From NCBI GenBank assembly GCA_002633005.1, contig NMRA01000105.1:908010-972009 (forward strand): a stretch of 64,000 bases of DNA, in the 5' to 3' direction. Source of the stretch: Phoronis australis (lineage: Eukaryota; Animalia; Phoronida). The position numbers and the translations under genes were made by a program. Below the pieces are notes generated by a model. That model searched no databases and was not told the DNA's origin. It saw only the letters and a list, made by a program, of their open reading frames with translations. Shown here one piece after another: positions 1-13,792 of this stretch (position 1 is the first letter of the stretch; every line of letters starts with the position of its first letter).

Positions 1-410
1 CGTAAAACCCCACAATTGACCTATCGCAAGCTCCGCCCCCTTGCGAAAAGTCACGTGACACCCGACAAACAAGCAAGCTGTCAAAGGCAAATACACTGTC
101 CTAAACGACGTTCCTGGTGACCTACTTTAGCAGACGATATATTTCCGCTCGAATCTTAGCGTGATAAAATGTGTAGTAAGCTATAACAGTTGCTAAACCT
201 TAATTTATAGATTCACTTTATTTCTATTTTGTTTTATTTTTCAATTGGTTTTGAGTAAAAGCATTATTTTACCAAAATATCTCGGCTTTTCTTAAAAGGT
301 CACGACCTCCGACCCCGGGCCTCTGACATAGAAAGTAGTTACATAGCCGAGGCGAGTCGAGAAAGGTAGATAGATTCATTGCAATGTTTCTCGTTCAGTA
401 TGTGGTATAA

Positions 411-573
411 ATAGATTATTACATGTTCTCAGTCGTTATCCTCCTTATCTAGAGCCCTCGTGGATTTTGTAGAATCATCACCCTCGGGGCTGACGCCCCT
501 CGGGCGATAATTCTCCAAAATCCACTCGGGCTCAAGATAAGGGGGATAACGACTTCGCCATGTAATAATCTAT
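411..573. mobile_element. Palindromic (fold-back) MITE, ~163 bp
   Basis: ATAGATTATTACATG..AGTCGTTATC..GTGGATTTTG..CCCTCGGGGC is mirrored by GCCCCTCGGG..CAAAATCCAC..GATAACGACT..CATGTAATAATCTAT. The imperfect inverted repeat runs the whole length, with TA-rich flanks. Confidence 0.8.
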
Positions 574-2038
574 ATATATAAACGAAAGGTGTAATATAAG
601 ATCTAGGTTTTTTCATCAGCCCTAGTAATTTATACGAATTTTTGTCACTGACCAAAAACGGTCCGTAAATGATGATCAGACTGATATATGTGAACGATGA
701 TCAGTCTCATCAGAATTCATATCAACCAAAATGGAGGTGCAAGATTTTTAAACAAGCATTACTTATTCTAAGGTCAGAAAATAAGATTAAAACAGTGAAG
801 AAAATGAACAGTATACACAGTGTCTATTTTGTTACGTACAAGGTCATTAAGATTGACGGTAAATATAAAGGGCAAAACTAAGCCTTTGAACTAGCAAGGA
901 GCAATGTATAATGCATACAGAAGTATGCAACAGTCAGGGCACGGATTTCTGCGTACATCCCGAGGGGCGTACATGTAGCTAGGATGGAGGGAGATTTGTT
1001 TCATGCGGAACACTCTCCGGAGGGGAGAAGGGGGGAGGGAGAGGCGACACAACAATTCGTGATGATCGGCACTAAACATTTTAGCATCAGAAATATTACA
1101 TTCAAGTAAGTCAGGCAAACTCATTTTAATTAATAATCCACTGGTGCCACCTGCCGCCCCGAAGTATTTTACCAGAGGTTTCCAGTTTAATCCCGTCCTG
1201 CAGTCATTCTATTACTGCTTATGAATTTCTGTAATTACAACACGTTTCGTCTCTTATAATTGCAAAACGTAAATTGAAACATCAGAACGTTCTAGAAACC
1301 ATGTGTAGTTAGTTGTTGCAACAAGAGGGGGATTACAAATATCAAACTTTACAAATATCCGTGGCGTTGGCGCAGTTGGATTTTGGAATTAAATGCTGAA
1401 TGACGTCAACGTCAACATGTGTCTTAAAACGCTACGCAATATTGCCACAAGTCAAACTTTAATAATTCTGCTAAAACTAATGATTGCTTAATGGTATTTC
1501 AATAAACACAATATACATTCATTGACTGGCCGTAGGTTGGCGGGAAATGACGTGGTACGACGATGATAACTGGTACGGAACCGGTAACTCTCTCCTACAT
1601 TTGATGTACGACGTGGCACTGATTGAATGCATCAACCAAACATGTTAATTTTTGAAATTCCCCTCAAAAATGGACTTTTTCAAAACACCGTGTTGGCCAT
1701 ATTCGTGTAGAAAAGCGAAATGAACAAATCTGTACACGCTGCTCAAATCACTTTTGTGGACATACGGAAACGAAAACGTCTTTGTCTTAGAACGCTGCAT
1801 GCGCTTGGCATTTCTGACAAAGCACTCTCGTGCTGGAAAATTTTTTAAGATTGTGCACCGTTCCAAAAAATTTTAGGTCTCGTTACAGCATAGACTATAG
1901 TAAATGGACCGCCAACTCCGTATACTTTCAATGGACGAAATCTGTGAGCTTGCGCACAAGCCCTTACGTCATTATTCACTGGCGACACCTGGCTAAATTA
2001 TCTGGTGTAATTTCCGGCAAGTACGTCGTCTGCTAATC

Positions 2039-2210
2039 ATGGTCGGCTGCTGTGTGGCCGGTTGTTCGGCTACGCAGGCGAAATGCAGAGGCGTTAGCTT
2101 CCATAGTGTACGGAGACCCCAAAATCCGCTGTAGGAGAAAAAGTTATGTTCTCGCGTCGACGTGAATGGAAGTTGTTCTTCCAAAAAAACTTCGAAGATG
2201 GGTGTTTTTA
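2039..2210 (+). pseudogene. Degenerate THAP zinc-finger 5' end (DNA-transposon relic)
   Basis: ATG at 2039 reads MVGCCVAGCSATQAKCRGVSFHS... to a stop at 2134. A shifted frame gives RRREWK..FEDGCF. Together these match the THAP pattern MxxCxVxGC..SFH..W..CSxHF, broken by a stop and frameshifts. Confidence 0.6.
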
Positions 2211-2332
2211 AAAGGCTCTGGTAGGCCTACTACTTAATCCTGTCTTCACAAATCCATTTTTCTTTTCTCCGTTTTGATGAAAACTAACTGGTAAACTTTT
2301 TGACGAAAAATGTCCGCTAAATTTCTTCCAAN

Positions 2333-2863
2333 ATCTGCTCTATAGTTACATGTATCAGTTGGTCGTTGACGTTGTTCCAAAAACAAATAGTTTATGTCAA
2401 CAACATATTTACAAATTGTATAAAATAAAACAATTTTGAACGGGAAGACGCGAATACGTGGTGAAGATGTGTTTGTCTCTACGCGGCATTTGTGCGTGAA
2501 TCTTTGGTAAAGCGTATGCAATGTCGAGAAAAATGAAAGAAAATACACCAAGGTACACCAAGCGTCTGGTGATATTTTTACTTTGGAGCCATAGTTGCCA
2601 GATATCATTCAGCGCTATAAACATCACCAGACGCTTGGTGTACCTTGGTGTATTTTCTTTCATTTTTCTCGACATTGCATACGCTTTACCAAAGATTCAC
2701 GCACAAATGCCGCGTAGAGACAAACACATCTTCACCACGTATTCGCGTCTTCCCGTTCAAAATTGTTTTATTTTATACAATTTGTAAATATGTTGTTGAC
2801 ATAAACTATTTGTTTTTGGAACAACGTCAACGACCAACTGATACATGTAACTATAGAGCAGAT
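2333..2863. repeat. Long inverted repeat: 241-bp arms (2333-2573 and 2623-2863), 49-bp spacer
   Basis: The arms are reverse complements with no mismatch that I could find, which produces the mirror-image ORFs in the track. The left arm starts immediately after the N at 2332. Confidence 0.95.
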
Positions 2864-3585
2864 TTTACCGTCACCGATGCATGAAAACGGAATGCGCAAG
2901 GCTAGAATTGGTAGTAGAATCAATAATGGTTTGATGTCACTGTCTAAGTTCGTGGACATCGTAACCATATGATTTCGAAGTTAGAGCCTTCCAAGTCCGT
3001 GGGATTAGGGCATAAAGTTCCGTGTATTTCGAGTCTTTACTGCAAGCCGGGTTAATACTGTCAAAACAAAATCTCCGGAGTAAGAGCTCTTCGGTGCAAC
3101 AACTAAGCCACTATCCCATCATCATGGGCGCGTGATAGGAGACCAGTGAGGAATTTTAAAAACGCAAAAAGATGCAGTTCGGTGTAACACAAACACAAAC
3201 ACAAAACAAGTGTGGGTGAAGACTGTAAAAAATAGCTGCTTTTACAAAATGGCTACGGCGTTGTATTGACCGGGAAGCAGCTAGTCTAATGCAACTTGTT
3301 AATGTCACGAGCCAAAAGATCAAATGCCAAAGAAAAACTTTAACGTTTTGTTATTCAAAACTTGTTGCATTGTCCATAGTCCAATGTTCAATATTACCGC
3401 TTGCCTCCAACCTTCGAATTCATTAGTGGTGTCAATGAACACAGCCGATGTGAACTCATGTAATGGAAACAGTAAAATAAGGTTAATTTATTTGACCCTG
3501 TGCTGAGACGAATGTCCGCATTTGCACGCAAAGCCGTATCAGCCTGACAACCTATTACACAACTGCTACTCTAGCCTAAAAATAG

Positions 3586-3742
3586 CAGCCGACTAGCGGG
3601 TCGGCTGATGGCCGGTCGGCAATTAAGGTCGGCTTTTGAGTCGGCACTGCCGCCGTCTGCCGGTCGGTTAACAATTAGCCGACCGGTCGGCTAATTTGCC
3701 GACCGTTCGACGGCCGGTCGTCGACTCTTAGCCGACCGGTGG
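3586..3742. repeat. Cluster of GCCGAC/GTCGGC motifs with a perfect 24-bp palindrome (3673-3696); probable MITE subterminal repeats
   Basis: Many short motif copies in both orientations. AATTAGCCGACCGGTCGGCTAATT is self-complementary. Confidence 0.7.
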
Positions 3743-5358
3743 GACAAAAATTCGTGATGTGTGCTGTACCTTCTAATGAATTTCGCGTTTTGTAGTTTCA
3801 TTGCATAAAGGTAGCTAGGTAGCTTTCAGTTAGAATTAAACGTAACATGAACTAAGCTGTGGTATAGTTACAAAAGATGGCAAGTCTCGAGTGTAGTGGC
3901 AAAAATGGCTATTTACAAAAATAATACACATTCTTTTTTAAAACTTCATATATCTAAATATCATGTTTGAACAGCTTCAAAATGAGCTCTCTCTGACTCT
4001 ACAGTCGAAGTGTATACTAGAGGTTCTCATCAAAAAGTAATCCAACTGAGCTTGCGATAGGTCAATTGCGGAGCTCAGGCGAGTGGACATTTTGAGTAGA
4101 AAAACCTGTAAATAATAGAAAGTCAAAACGGAAAAAAATTCAGGAGACATTTTTTTTTCTATTCGAGAATTAAAAATTGTGCATTACCAAAAACAACTCA
4201 AGACCGGAATTTTTCACGCCAGCACCAGTATTCCAAGGTTCTGCCGCTTTTTGCCTGACGATTAATGACATACGGGAGCGAGTGAAGAAATACGTCAGTG
4301 CGAGTCAAAAAATTTGGGCGGGAGCAGGGAATGTGCACCCGTAAGAACGGGCAGCGCACTAGTGATAAGGATTTTGTTTGCTGGCGCGCAGCTCGTGCTT
4401 GCGAGCAGGGAAGCCTCGGTATCAAGAAGTAATGTAATAACCGCTTTCTAAAATGGCTATGGCACCGAATTCCCTGGTGACATCTGTACCATATGAATGA
4501 TTTCTGAAATCCATTGAAATTCTTCAGTGTCTGACCGTCTTCGTTTTGTTAAACGACGTCAGCCAAATACAAGTTTTGACGGCTACCCAGTAGTCGTTCA
4601 TTGTTGTTCCCCGTTTCAGAAAAAGCGCTCAAGGCCCATTTTTGTCCTGTGATTGTCGGTCATATTTCAGGATGTCCCAGAAATCGTCAAGGGCGAAAGG
4701 AAACAGCCGGTAGGACAGCAACTGAAAAGAATAGTCTATATACAATTCGTTCAGCGGTATGATTCAGAAAATACCTTGCACGATTGAATGTTTTACTGTA
4801 AAAGATAGCACACAATTCCATACATCACGAATGAATGGCAATAATAAGAAAAAAATAAGACTGGCCTTACACGTATACCTGGAGCGACGACCTCTTATTG
4901 GAAGATACATGTATATATTCGGAAACATTACATTTTAAAGGTCTCCAGAAAATGTATAACTTCATCTATGAGCCCATTGGCTTCTATGCAGGATTTTAAG
5001 GAACTTCGGATTATCACCGTACCTGTCGCGGGTACACAAAATGCATGATCACTGGATTGAGTTTAATAGAACAAGATGATACATGTAAGCCCTATATTCG
5101 TGCATCAATACAAAGAGTCATATACAGGGTGATTGTCCAGAAACAGGCCCAACACTTTTGCTAATAAATTTTTCCATTAGAGGCAGGAACTCGAAGCTTT
5201 GAAGACATCCTGTTTTAAATTTTGGGCTTATGGTGATGAAGTTTTTTAACACTAGTGTCAACTTTTCTGCAGCGTGCCGGCGGTTTTCCCGACGGGCTCT
5301 CGTTGAATTTTGTCCAAAGACGCACCGGGAGGTGTTAATTAATGTTTGGAAAGATGAC

Positions 5359-5522
5359 CAGTGGCGGATTTAAAGGGGGGCAAGGGGGTCATGCGCCCCC
5401 TCCCTAAAATTCTCCCGGATTTCATTTGGCAGTTCGGTCAGTTTTGGCGGTCTGACGGGCAAAATCCTGGTAGATACTCTGCCCCGGCCCCGACCTATCT
5501 CAAAATCCTGGATCCGCCCCTG
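5359..5522. mobile_element. MITE with CAGTGGCGGAT...ATCCGCCCCTG TIRs and 5-bp TSD ATGAC (hAT5-like)
   Basis: TIRs are visible and ATGAC sits at 5354-5358 and 5523-5527. The internal TCTGACGGGCAAAATCCTGG is shared with the copy at 40237, and CTCAAAATCCTGGAT with the copies at 40237 and 50533. Confidence 0.85.
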
Positions 5523-7764
5523 ATGACCTATGGTTGAGCTGACAAGAGACAAAGACGTATAACTATGAGTTCAAGCACTTTTACAGTTGGTTCAGGAAAT
5601 GTACCCCATCAGAATCTAGGCACAACTCGGTGCGTCTTTCCAAATTAAAAAAAAAAAAAAAAAAAAAACACGTGCTGCTCTATGCCTTTTATTTCGTCGA
5701 GCGCGAAATCGACACACTGTCGAAAAAAAAACCTTATGCAGCTTGAAACAATCTTTTGGCAGCGTGTGCTACTTAACGTATGATCACAACAAAGTTGTGC
5801 ATTTTTATACTAAGTTTCGGGTCCCTAACACAAGTAGAAAAAATATTATCAAACTTTTGAGGCCAGTTTCGAGAGAACCCCTATGTATATAAACCTGTAA
5901 CAAGTCACGGATTACAAAACACAAAATGGCGCCTTTTTATCTATGTAAATATATATGCGCGATTTTTCTGATGGCTCAGATTAAACATTACTATGAGCCG
6001 AAGTTGCAATACAAAAATTACATGTAAATCCTTGAAGACATGAGTGCGAATTTACTCCCGGACAGCTCATAATACTGATGACGTCAACGAAGGAAGATGA
6101 GTTTACCAAATCGGTGGAACCCGTCTCCAACATGCGAGTAATCTGTTGTAGCTCATTACCAGCATAATTGAAACCGTGAACTGCGCATGCGCGAAAATCA
6201 CTCAGCCCCATCCAGGATACATGGGATTCGCAGAAAACACCGCGTGGTGGTCTCTATGAACCAATTGCATTTGCCGATAGCGTATAAAATAGATAAGTAC
6301 TTTATTAAAACTGGGCCAAGTTTCATCAAAACTCGATGAATTTTAATGTTTAACATGGTATGGTCAAGGGTTCGGCTTATTTTGTCGCTTCGGTTGGTGA
6401 AATCCCCGCTGAAAACCCGAAACTGCCTGTGAGAAAACAACATTTTCGACCAAGCCTTTCATGTGCGGTTAGTTGCCGATAGACCCAACAGATATCAGTA
6501 TAACCCAGATTGAAACTTAAGAGTTTGAAGAAAATTAGACAAAAAATGTATTTAGCAATGGGGTAGCCAAGAATTGCCACTTTTGATCTTTCGATTTTAG
6601 ATTAAGAGATTTTTTATTTAAAGGCAGGGCACTACCGTAACGTCATTATTGCCTGTATACTGTTAATTGTGTGTTGGTACGTAATGAATTAATTACTGGA
6701 TTCAATATTTTCACCCACCCACCATCACAAAGCATACTCACGTTGTAAACCACTAACTCACACATTGTATTCTGACAGAGGTGGTATTCAACAACAAAGC
6801 CAGTCAAATTTCAGACTAAACAGCTCAACATGGTGTAGTGCACGAACAAATCCTTGCTGCACTGAAAATTTGACATTGACTTTCAAACCATCTTGACCTA
6901 CCACTCGTGTCAGCAATTAAGTATACTGAATCTAATTGATTTCTACCAGCATGTGGTAGTTGTCTTTCGGATTGTTGCTGTGAGTATATAAACATTTTTT
7001 GGACGTAAATAATTAAAATAAGGTTGATTTTTTGTTATTTATTTTCTTTACCGAAATGAATATAAGGTCAACAGTTTGTACAGTAGATCACGTGGTGGCC
7101 ACCTGTGAGAGCATTCAACGCGGGTCTGCGGTAACTAGGCTAATGAATTTCACGTGCTCATAAAGGATGCATTTTTGTAAAGCTAGAACTGACCAACACC
7201 TAGAAAATGCCAGTGCCATAATATTTCTATTTCTTGAACCATAAATAATTCACATTCTATTAAAATACTAAAATCAGAGATCGTCGCAGCACACACCCCC
7301 TAGGTGTCGCTATGGTTCATGAAACAATAATGGCGGTGGCGAATGAGATTAGTCTTGTTAACGAGTGCACATAGCAATAGATTTTTGTTGTTTGGATTAA
7401 TTTCTACAACGGTTATGATACTATGAGACCAACGCCATTGAATAGAATGGAACAGCATCAGCTTTTATAAAACCACAAAGAGAGTTCTTTTGGTGTACGT
7501 TTTTACTAATTCATATACTTCTAAAAATCTTTACCAAACGACGTCTATGCAAAATATCACTGGATACACATTTTTCTGTGAATAACACCACTAGCATGAT
7601 TAAATTAAGGCGCTAATACTCCATTAGCTTTGCAAACAACCAACTTTTTAGCAATTTTCTCATCTCTGTGTGCTATTGGAGCATTACACTTGACCAAAAA
7701 TGAACAATTTAGGGGTTTAAATTAATCTAGTAAATGTTGACCAATATTCAATGTTTGTCCTCTT

Positions 7765-7943
7765 GCATGGGGGGGGGCTCGGAGGGCTCAAAGTCTACAA
7801 AATCCACGGGAAGTCGGCGCGGATGCACGGTTTACTGGCCTGAACCTAGTGGTCCCGTTTTTTTCAGTCCTCGTTGTTTTCTTAAAAGGTCCGTATATCT
7901 AAAAATGTGAGCCCCCCTTATTTTAGGCTGGGTGCGCGCATGC
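7765..7943. mobile_element. Truncated MITE ending TTTTAGGCTGGGTGCGCGCATG
   Basis: Shares AAAAGGTCCG and TTTTAGGCTGG with the insert nested at ~50630-50778, whose left end CACATGCGCTCAACCAG resembles the complement of this end. Confidence 0.5.
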
Positions 7944-8240
7944 ATAAACCGACGACTTGTAACCATTGTGTCCGGTGTAGCTCAGACGATAAGGCTACCG
8001 TGACGTCTACGGTGCGTGACCGAAATCACGGTTGGTTCAGGGATATAACTAATCGCTTTCGCTATAATAAATTCGTGACCACCTTCGCCCACACGCTCGG
8101 GCCAGCTGGCGCCGTCCGGATGCTTCGTTTGGAGACATAGCAGGCCGACAGCTACCGTGACGAAAAAACCCTTCTTATAGTCAACGTATAACCAGAAACA
8201 GGTCTACTTAGAAGGGGGCACACTCCCCGGTTGCCACCAT

Positions 8241-8620
8241 TAGTTTCCCCCGCCCCTTCACTGCTAATTTTATCGTTCTCTAGATAACGAGACTCATCAT
8301 AAACATATTGGGGGCGACAATAGTATTTTTGAAGTTTCGTTAAGAAAGTTTGTAAATAGCATAATTATTTGAATAGTTCGTGACAAACATACGTGAATGA
8401 GTGTTTTGAATTTTGAAAATTATACAAGAAATGTGACTTTTTCAACCTAAAACGAGTGTTTAATGTTGCAATAATATGCCTCTCATTAATTCTGTTGGGT
8501 GTGCAACATAATTGAGTCAATTACCAAAACCAGGCACCAGTTGGATTTTGAGGTATGCCAAGTGTCGTCGTACTGTCCTTGCCATGACACACCAGTGTCA
8601 TCTAGTGACAGACAGAAAAA
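8241..8620 (-). mobile_element. Interspersed repeat copy 1 (terminal region plus decayed coding 3' end), homologous to 30310-30675
   Basis: 8261-8572 aligns with the reverse complement of 30365-30675, e.g. GTTCTCTAGATAACGAGAC, CAAGAAATGTGACTTTT, TTAATTCTG.TGGGTGTGCAAC. Confidence 0.8.
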
Positions 8621-11600
8621 CGTTGCTTTAGGAAATGCCTGTGAAACGGTCATGTCTTGTACTGGTAAAACATGCAATAGTATTCCGGCGTTATTAATAT
8701 GCTATCTTCAGGGTCTGAATTCATGTGTTATTTTGTAGGTAAATTCTTGGATTGCTGACAACTTGACCAGTTCCTTCTTAAAACCCATTTGAAAACACGT
8801 TAAAATGAGCCAAAACAGTTGTCCCCTCCTGGTTATGTCTCCTTGATGTAATGTATATATTGCCATTGTCTTACACTCCTCACACGAACATGATACGCAC
8901 GCCACCTTTTGTACATGCGTTGATTACTGTGCTGTTGTTTGTGGGTTAGGCACTTCCAACAGTCTGGGTCAGTTCAAAATAGAGCTATTTGATACCTTGT
9001 TAGAGGGTTCACAAATTTGCTGTAATTGTAGCAACGATGAGACTGAGGTCCCTGTTCGGTGTATTGCCGTATACACTTGCAAATGCATAATATATATTGT
9101 ATTAAGTATGAAATTAGTGTGTTGCATGATGATGTTTTTCGAAATATATTCCCAACGCTTATACTGATAGTGCATGAAGTTTAATTTGGATGCAATTGAC
9201 AGACATTTGATTACAATGCCAGATTAATTAAATAATGACACACGCGTTGACTACCCGGATTGTTTTCAGCAGAGGAACAAAATATTAGACAAAAAATGCG
9301 TACCACTTATTTCACTATGTGTGTATACTCGGTATACCAATTTGCTACACAAATGACATCCATAACCGTATCAAGTCCAGGAACACGGGTTCATTCATTA
9401 TCCGCTATTAAATCACTGTTAGTTACATTTTTCAATTGTCATCACGCACCAGGGACGTTAGTTGCAATTGTTCTCCAAAGAATAAATCAAGCTAATTAAA
9501 TAACATTGACAAGGAAAGAACATTAAATATTTGACACTACATGAACAAAGTGAGCGGAAAGTGCTACATTGATATTTCTCACTGTCTAACGCACAAGATT
9601 TTTTGAAATTAAAGTAGGCCTATTGCACAAAAAATGCCCAGGCTCGTTTTGCAGCCAGTCTGCTTGATCACAATAGCTGTTCTTGTCCATCTACGGTAGG
9701 TCAGAGGTAAGCGTATTTTTGAGTTCCCCCAAGTTCCTACACAACGTTAGCTTTTCATCGTAAATTTACATCCATAAGCACCAATCGAGTTACGTCGCTA
9801 ATTGAAGAGTTCATCTTGGAGTAAAAATTGAAGACAGTAACATTAGAATTAGGAACTAAATAGTGCTGAAGATTCCGTTATGTAAATCGGCGTGGCCATT
9901 TTTGTACACAATCGTTCTCAGATTGTCAGAGTCGACAAAATAGAAATTGTGTGCAAACTGTTGACCTGTCATACATGTACATTGTGTGTATGGATAAGTG
10001 AAGATGTGACGTAGTGGTCGGTAATTTGCTAAAAGTGAGCGCATCATGGGTAATTTTAACATCTTCGCACATAGACTTTGGTCTAAGGTCACAGTAGAGG
10101 CCTGTGTGCCCCCCCCCAAAAATGAAGAAAATTGGGTGGGTAGGGTTTGACGGCAGTTTTGTGGACTAAATGGGGAGTGATTGCCACGAACGGTGTTCAG
10201 TACTTCCTTGAAGTTAAATGTTTCCAGGAATTCGGCTTGTCCTCTTGTCTACTTGGATACGGAAGTGCCGTCATTGTGAGAGCACATCCTTATTGAGTTT
10301 TTAATTCTTGGCGCGAATGCAGGTATCCTCCAGGAAAGTGGAAGTTGTCAAAAATCTGGTTGGTAAAGACATATTTCAATTTGAATTTTTGGTCTTCTTT
10401 CTTGCTCTGGGGCAGTAGTGAATTTGCGAGTTTATGTAAAAAATTGCCACTTTTTATTATTTTAGGCATCTCGATTTCTTTGTTGAATTTCTCCATTTTT
10501 GAGAAACCCTATAGAGTGTACTTTCTGTCACTTACATGCATGCCTTTTTCAGTTGTCAGCGACATGTATGCAAACAAGGGATTTGATTAACTCAGGCCAG
10601 TGATAGGTCAAAATCAGCCACTGGTGCTGTGGTCTTCGTCCTTTTCCGGAAGCGATACCGAGGAGTTACCTCCCCTGGACTGTCGGTGTCGCCACTATCG
10701 TTCGGCATTAAGATGTTGAATACTTCTAATTCAAGGGGCGGACATTAAAATCCATAGCGAGGCTCACTGCGATAAACAAAGCGGAAGTTGACATTGCATG
10801 GGTTAAGTGGCTGGTCTTTCGAGTCCAACCGGGATATTAAATCTTAAAAATGTGTCAATAATTAACCACAGAGAAGTAGAAAAATACATTAGAGAACAAG
10901 TCAAAGAACCAAAGAGTTGTCTAACTAAAGGATATATTTTTCGGAAAACTAGGTTCGAAACATGAAAAGTAAATATGACCAAATTGCGGCGATCGTGTTA
11001 CGGATTAGGTATATGCTGAATGCAGGGTTACGTTTCTTCTTGTAAATTGTTGATAAAAAAGCTTTCTACACGAACCAGGTCATATGCTCGCATTTTTGAC
11101 GAGTTGAAGATATATTTGACAGTGGTGACTCATCGCATTTTGCTGTCATGTGCAAATCACAGCTGGTTTAATTTGTTGATCAAGACTATTAACATCAAGC
11201 ATAGCCTAGGCCCTGCAGTGAGTTCTAACATTTGATATGTCATTAACCCGCAAGAATGATTGATGTTATTAAAATTATGTTCTATTAAAATAAAAAACAG
11301 GCTGGTAATTGAAGCTAAAAATTATTTAACAATTTGGTTTTAATAATTCTTACATCCATTTTATGTGTTAGGTTTCAAATATCAATCTGGACCAAGTTGA
11401 ATTTTAAAATTAGCAGAACAAGCATAGCTATCATACTCCTTCAGGGGCCTCTCTCATCCGAGGGGAAAGGTGACTGTGCCTTCTGAGAGGGGATTTTTTT
11501 CGCCGAGTGAGGAGGAAATTCTACCTCCCGATCACCATAAATAGCACACCCGTCCTGTTGCAAGCTCTCATAGGCTCTATCTCAAGAAGGATTTTGTGCT

Positions 11601-13792
11601 CTTTCAAACTGTCACCTGTGTGGTTACAAGTGATTTGAACTTCAAGGGGAAATTTTCAATCACTTTAGGGGAATTTGTAGGCCTCGTGAGGCCGGGAATT
11701 TCGCGTGATATTTTTTGAGAGGGAAATAAGGCCGGGCCGATATTCGGCCCTAAAATCGGGGGATTGAAGGCCCTGTCCTTTTTATGTTTCAACCTGTAGT
11801 CATGAAAAAACAGCCCGGCGGGACGAAGATTCACCGGTCGTTGCTGTGATGCTCGGCAACCGATATGCGACAAAATGTGATCAAAATTTAAAAACATTTA
11901 TAGATTTTATTCGGAAATATTTTCCTTCGTTGTGGCGTATGGCAACAACCCAACGCTTCCGAATCTCAACGTCCTTAGGGAGTGTAGAAAAGACAGCCGT
12001 ATTTTTTTCTATCGCCGCTCGAATAACGCGGAATACAGCTATGCCGATCAGCCATTTAACGGAGCTATCGTAGTGAGCCTCGTTTTGGAGCGCGCTTCAT
12101 GTCTACGTGAATTTGACGTATAAATGTACTTCCGAGGTGTGTGGTGAGTGGTGAAAGTGTGTCACAACAACCGTGGAAGCAACCAATTAACAGTGAACAT
12201 GGCAAAAAAACGTCAAGATTGCCCGTGTTTGCCGCCGCACAAGACGTTTTGTGTTCCCAAGGGCCCGCAATAAGCCACGTGCAAGTTACGTGCAATAAAC
12301 AGAAAATAATACTATAAAAATCAAACAATTTTCTGTAATTGAAAAAAGGTGTTGTTTAAAATACGATCGTGACATTTCTGAAATATTGATGAAACTGAGT
12401 GAGCCACAGGGGCCCATTCCAAGCCGTGGCTCATTTTTGACTAAGTATAAGATTTGTCTCAACTTCCAAACTTTAAACTTCCACATCCGGTAAGTAAGGA
12501 AAAATTTAGACAAAACTTAAAAATGTATTTGCATGCTCCTAACTACCGGGTATGCTACTGTATAGGAGCAAATAAACAACAATTCTATTTGAACATCATC
12601 TACGCTAAACAAAGTGTAGTTTATTCATTTACAACTTGTAAATGTGAAAACAAAAAATTCTGAAAATAGTTGACGACGGTTTTTAGTGTTAGGTTTGAAT
12701 ATTTAGAAATTGCGCAGTAAAAAATAATGCAGTACAAGTTATCGTCATCTCATAGTATTGCGGTTTTTCAAGACTAGCAGAAGAGTTATATGCAGTTTGT
12801 TTCTCTCACTACTGTGAAATTTGTACATGCTTTGGGAGTTGGCAGCATAACAGGAATTTGGATAACTATTGAAGGTACTCATATTCAACTGAGTCCATTG
12901 TTGAAAACTCAAACATGCAGGTAAGTTCTCTGCATTACATTGCTTGCTGTTGGCGACTCTGCTCGTCTCCGAATGACAAAGGCTGAAGCAAACGAAACCT
13001 TTCTAATTTGATTTAGTTTGGTTAACAGAGCACTGCAGTATTACAAAATGCTAACTTACAGCCAGTGACGTTGGTAATGAAATGGACTGCGACTCTGCCT
13101 TGATTCAAATGGTTTACATATGCATCAACTACATGTACGCTATCGCTGGTGCTGAATTGCACTGGTTTCAGTTCATTAATGTCGCGTGGTCACGTGGTCA
13201 CGTAATGGCAGCCTCCGTATTTGGGCGCGTGCATAGTACAGTGTGGTGTAGGGGATGTGTGTTGTGCACAACGGGGGGCACTTTCACTCGCGTGCCGTGA
13301 CTTAACAACGTGTTTACACCGACCTTAAAACGAAGACTAAGCACAAACTTGAGTGTAGATTGGTCGCAAATCTTCGTTTAGGTTATGTTTAAAAACGTCA
13401 TAACGGTACCATATTTTAGTGAAACGGTCTCTAGAGAGTGTCATATGCATCAGCATAGTAACAGACAAGAAATATGTTAATATTAGCAATAGTAATACAA
13501 CAGATAACTCAAGATCCTTTAACTGAATGACGTGAGTACAATAAATAAATAACCTATTTGTTACCAGTATTCCGGGAATAACGCACATTTCATCAATCCC
13601 TAAAGACATTGTACAAACATTATTTTAAAATTGTGATCTTGATCTCAAGATATACAAAAATAATACCTAGCTTTTCGATTTCCTCGGCCAAACTTCTAAA
13701 ACATTTAAGCAGAAATAAGTGCGAAAACAACCATGTTCGAAATTGGAATCGTGATTTTTTGGTAATTTCCGATAGAGCGAATCAGTTTCTCA

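Noticed and set aside
2246-2884. Paired near-identical ORFs on both strands
   Set aside because: They are a by-product of the palindrome and have no recognisable domain.
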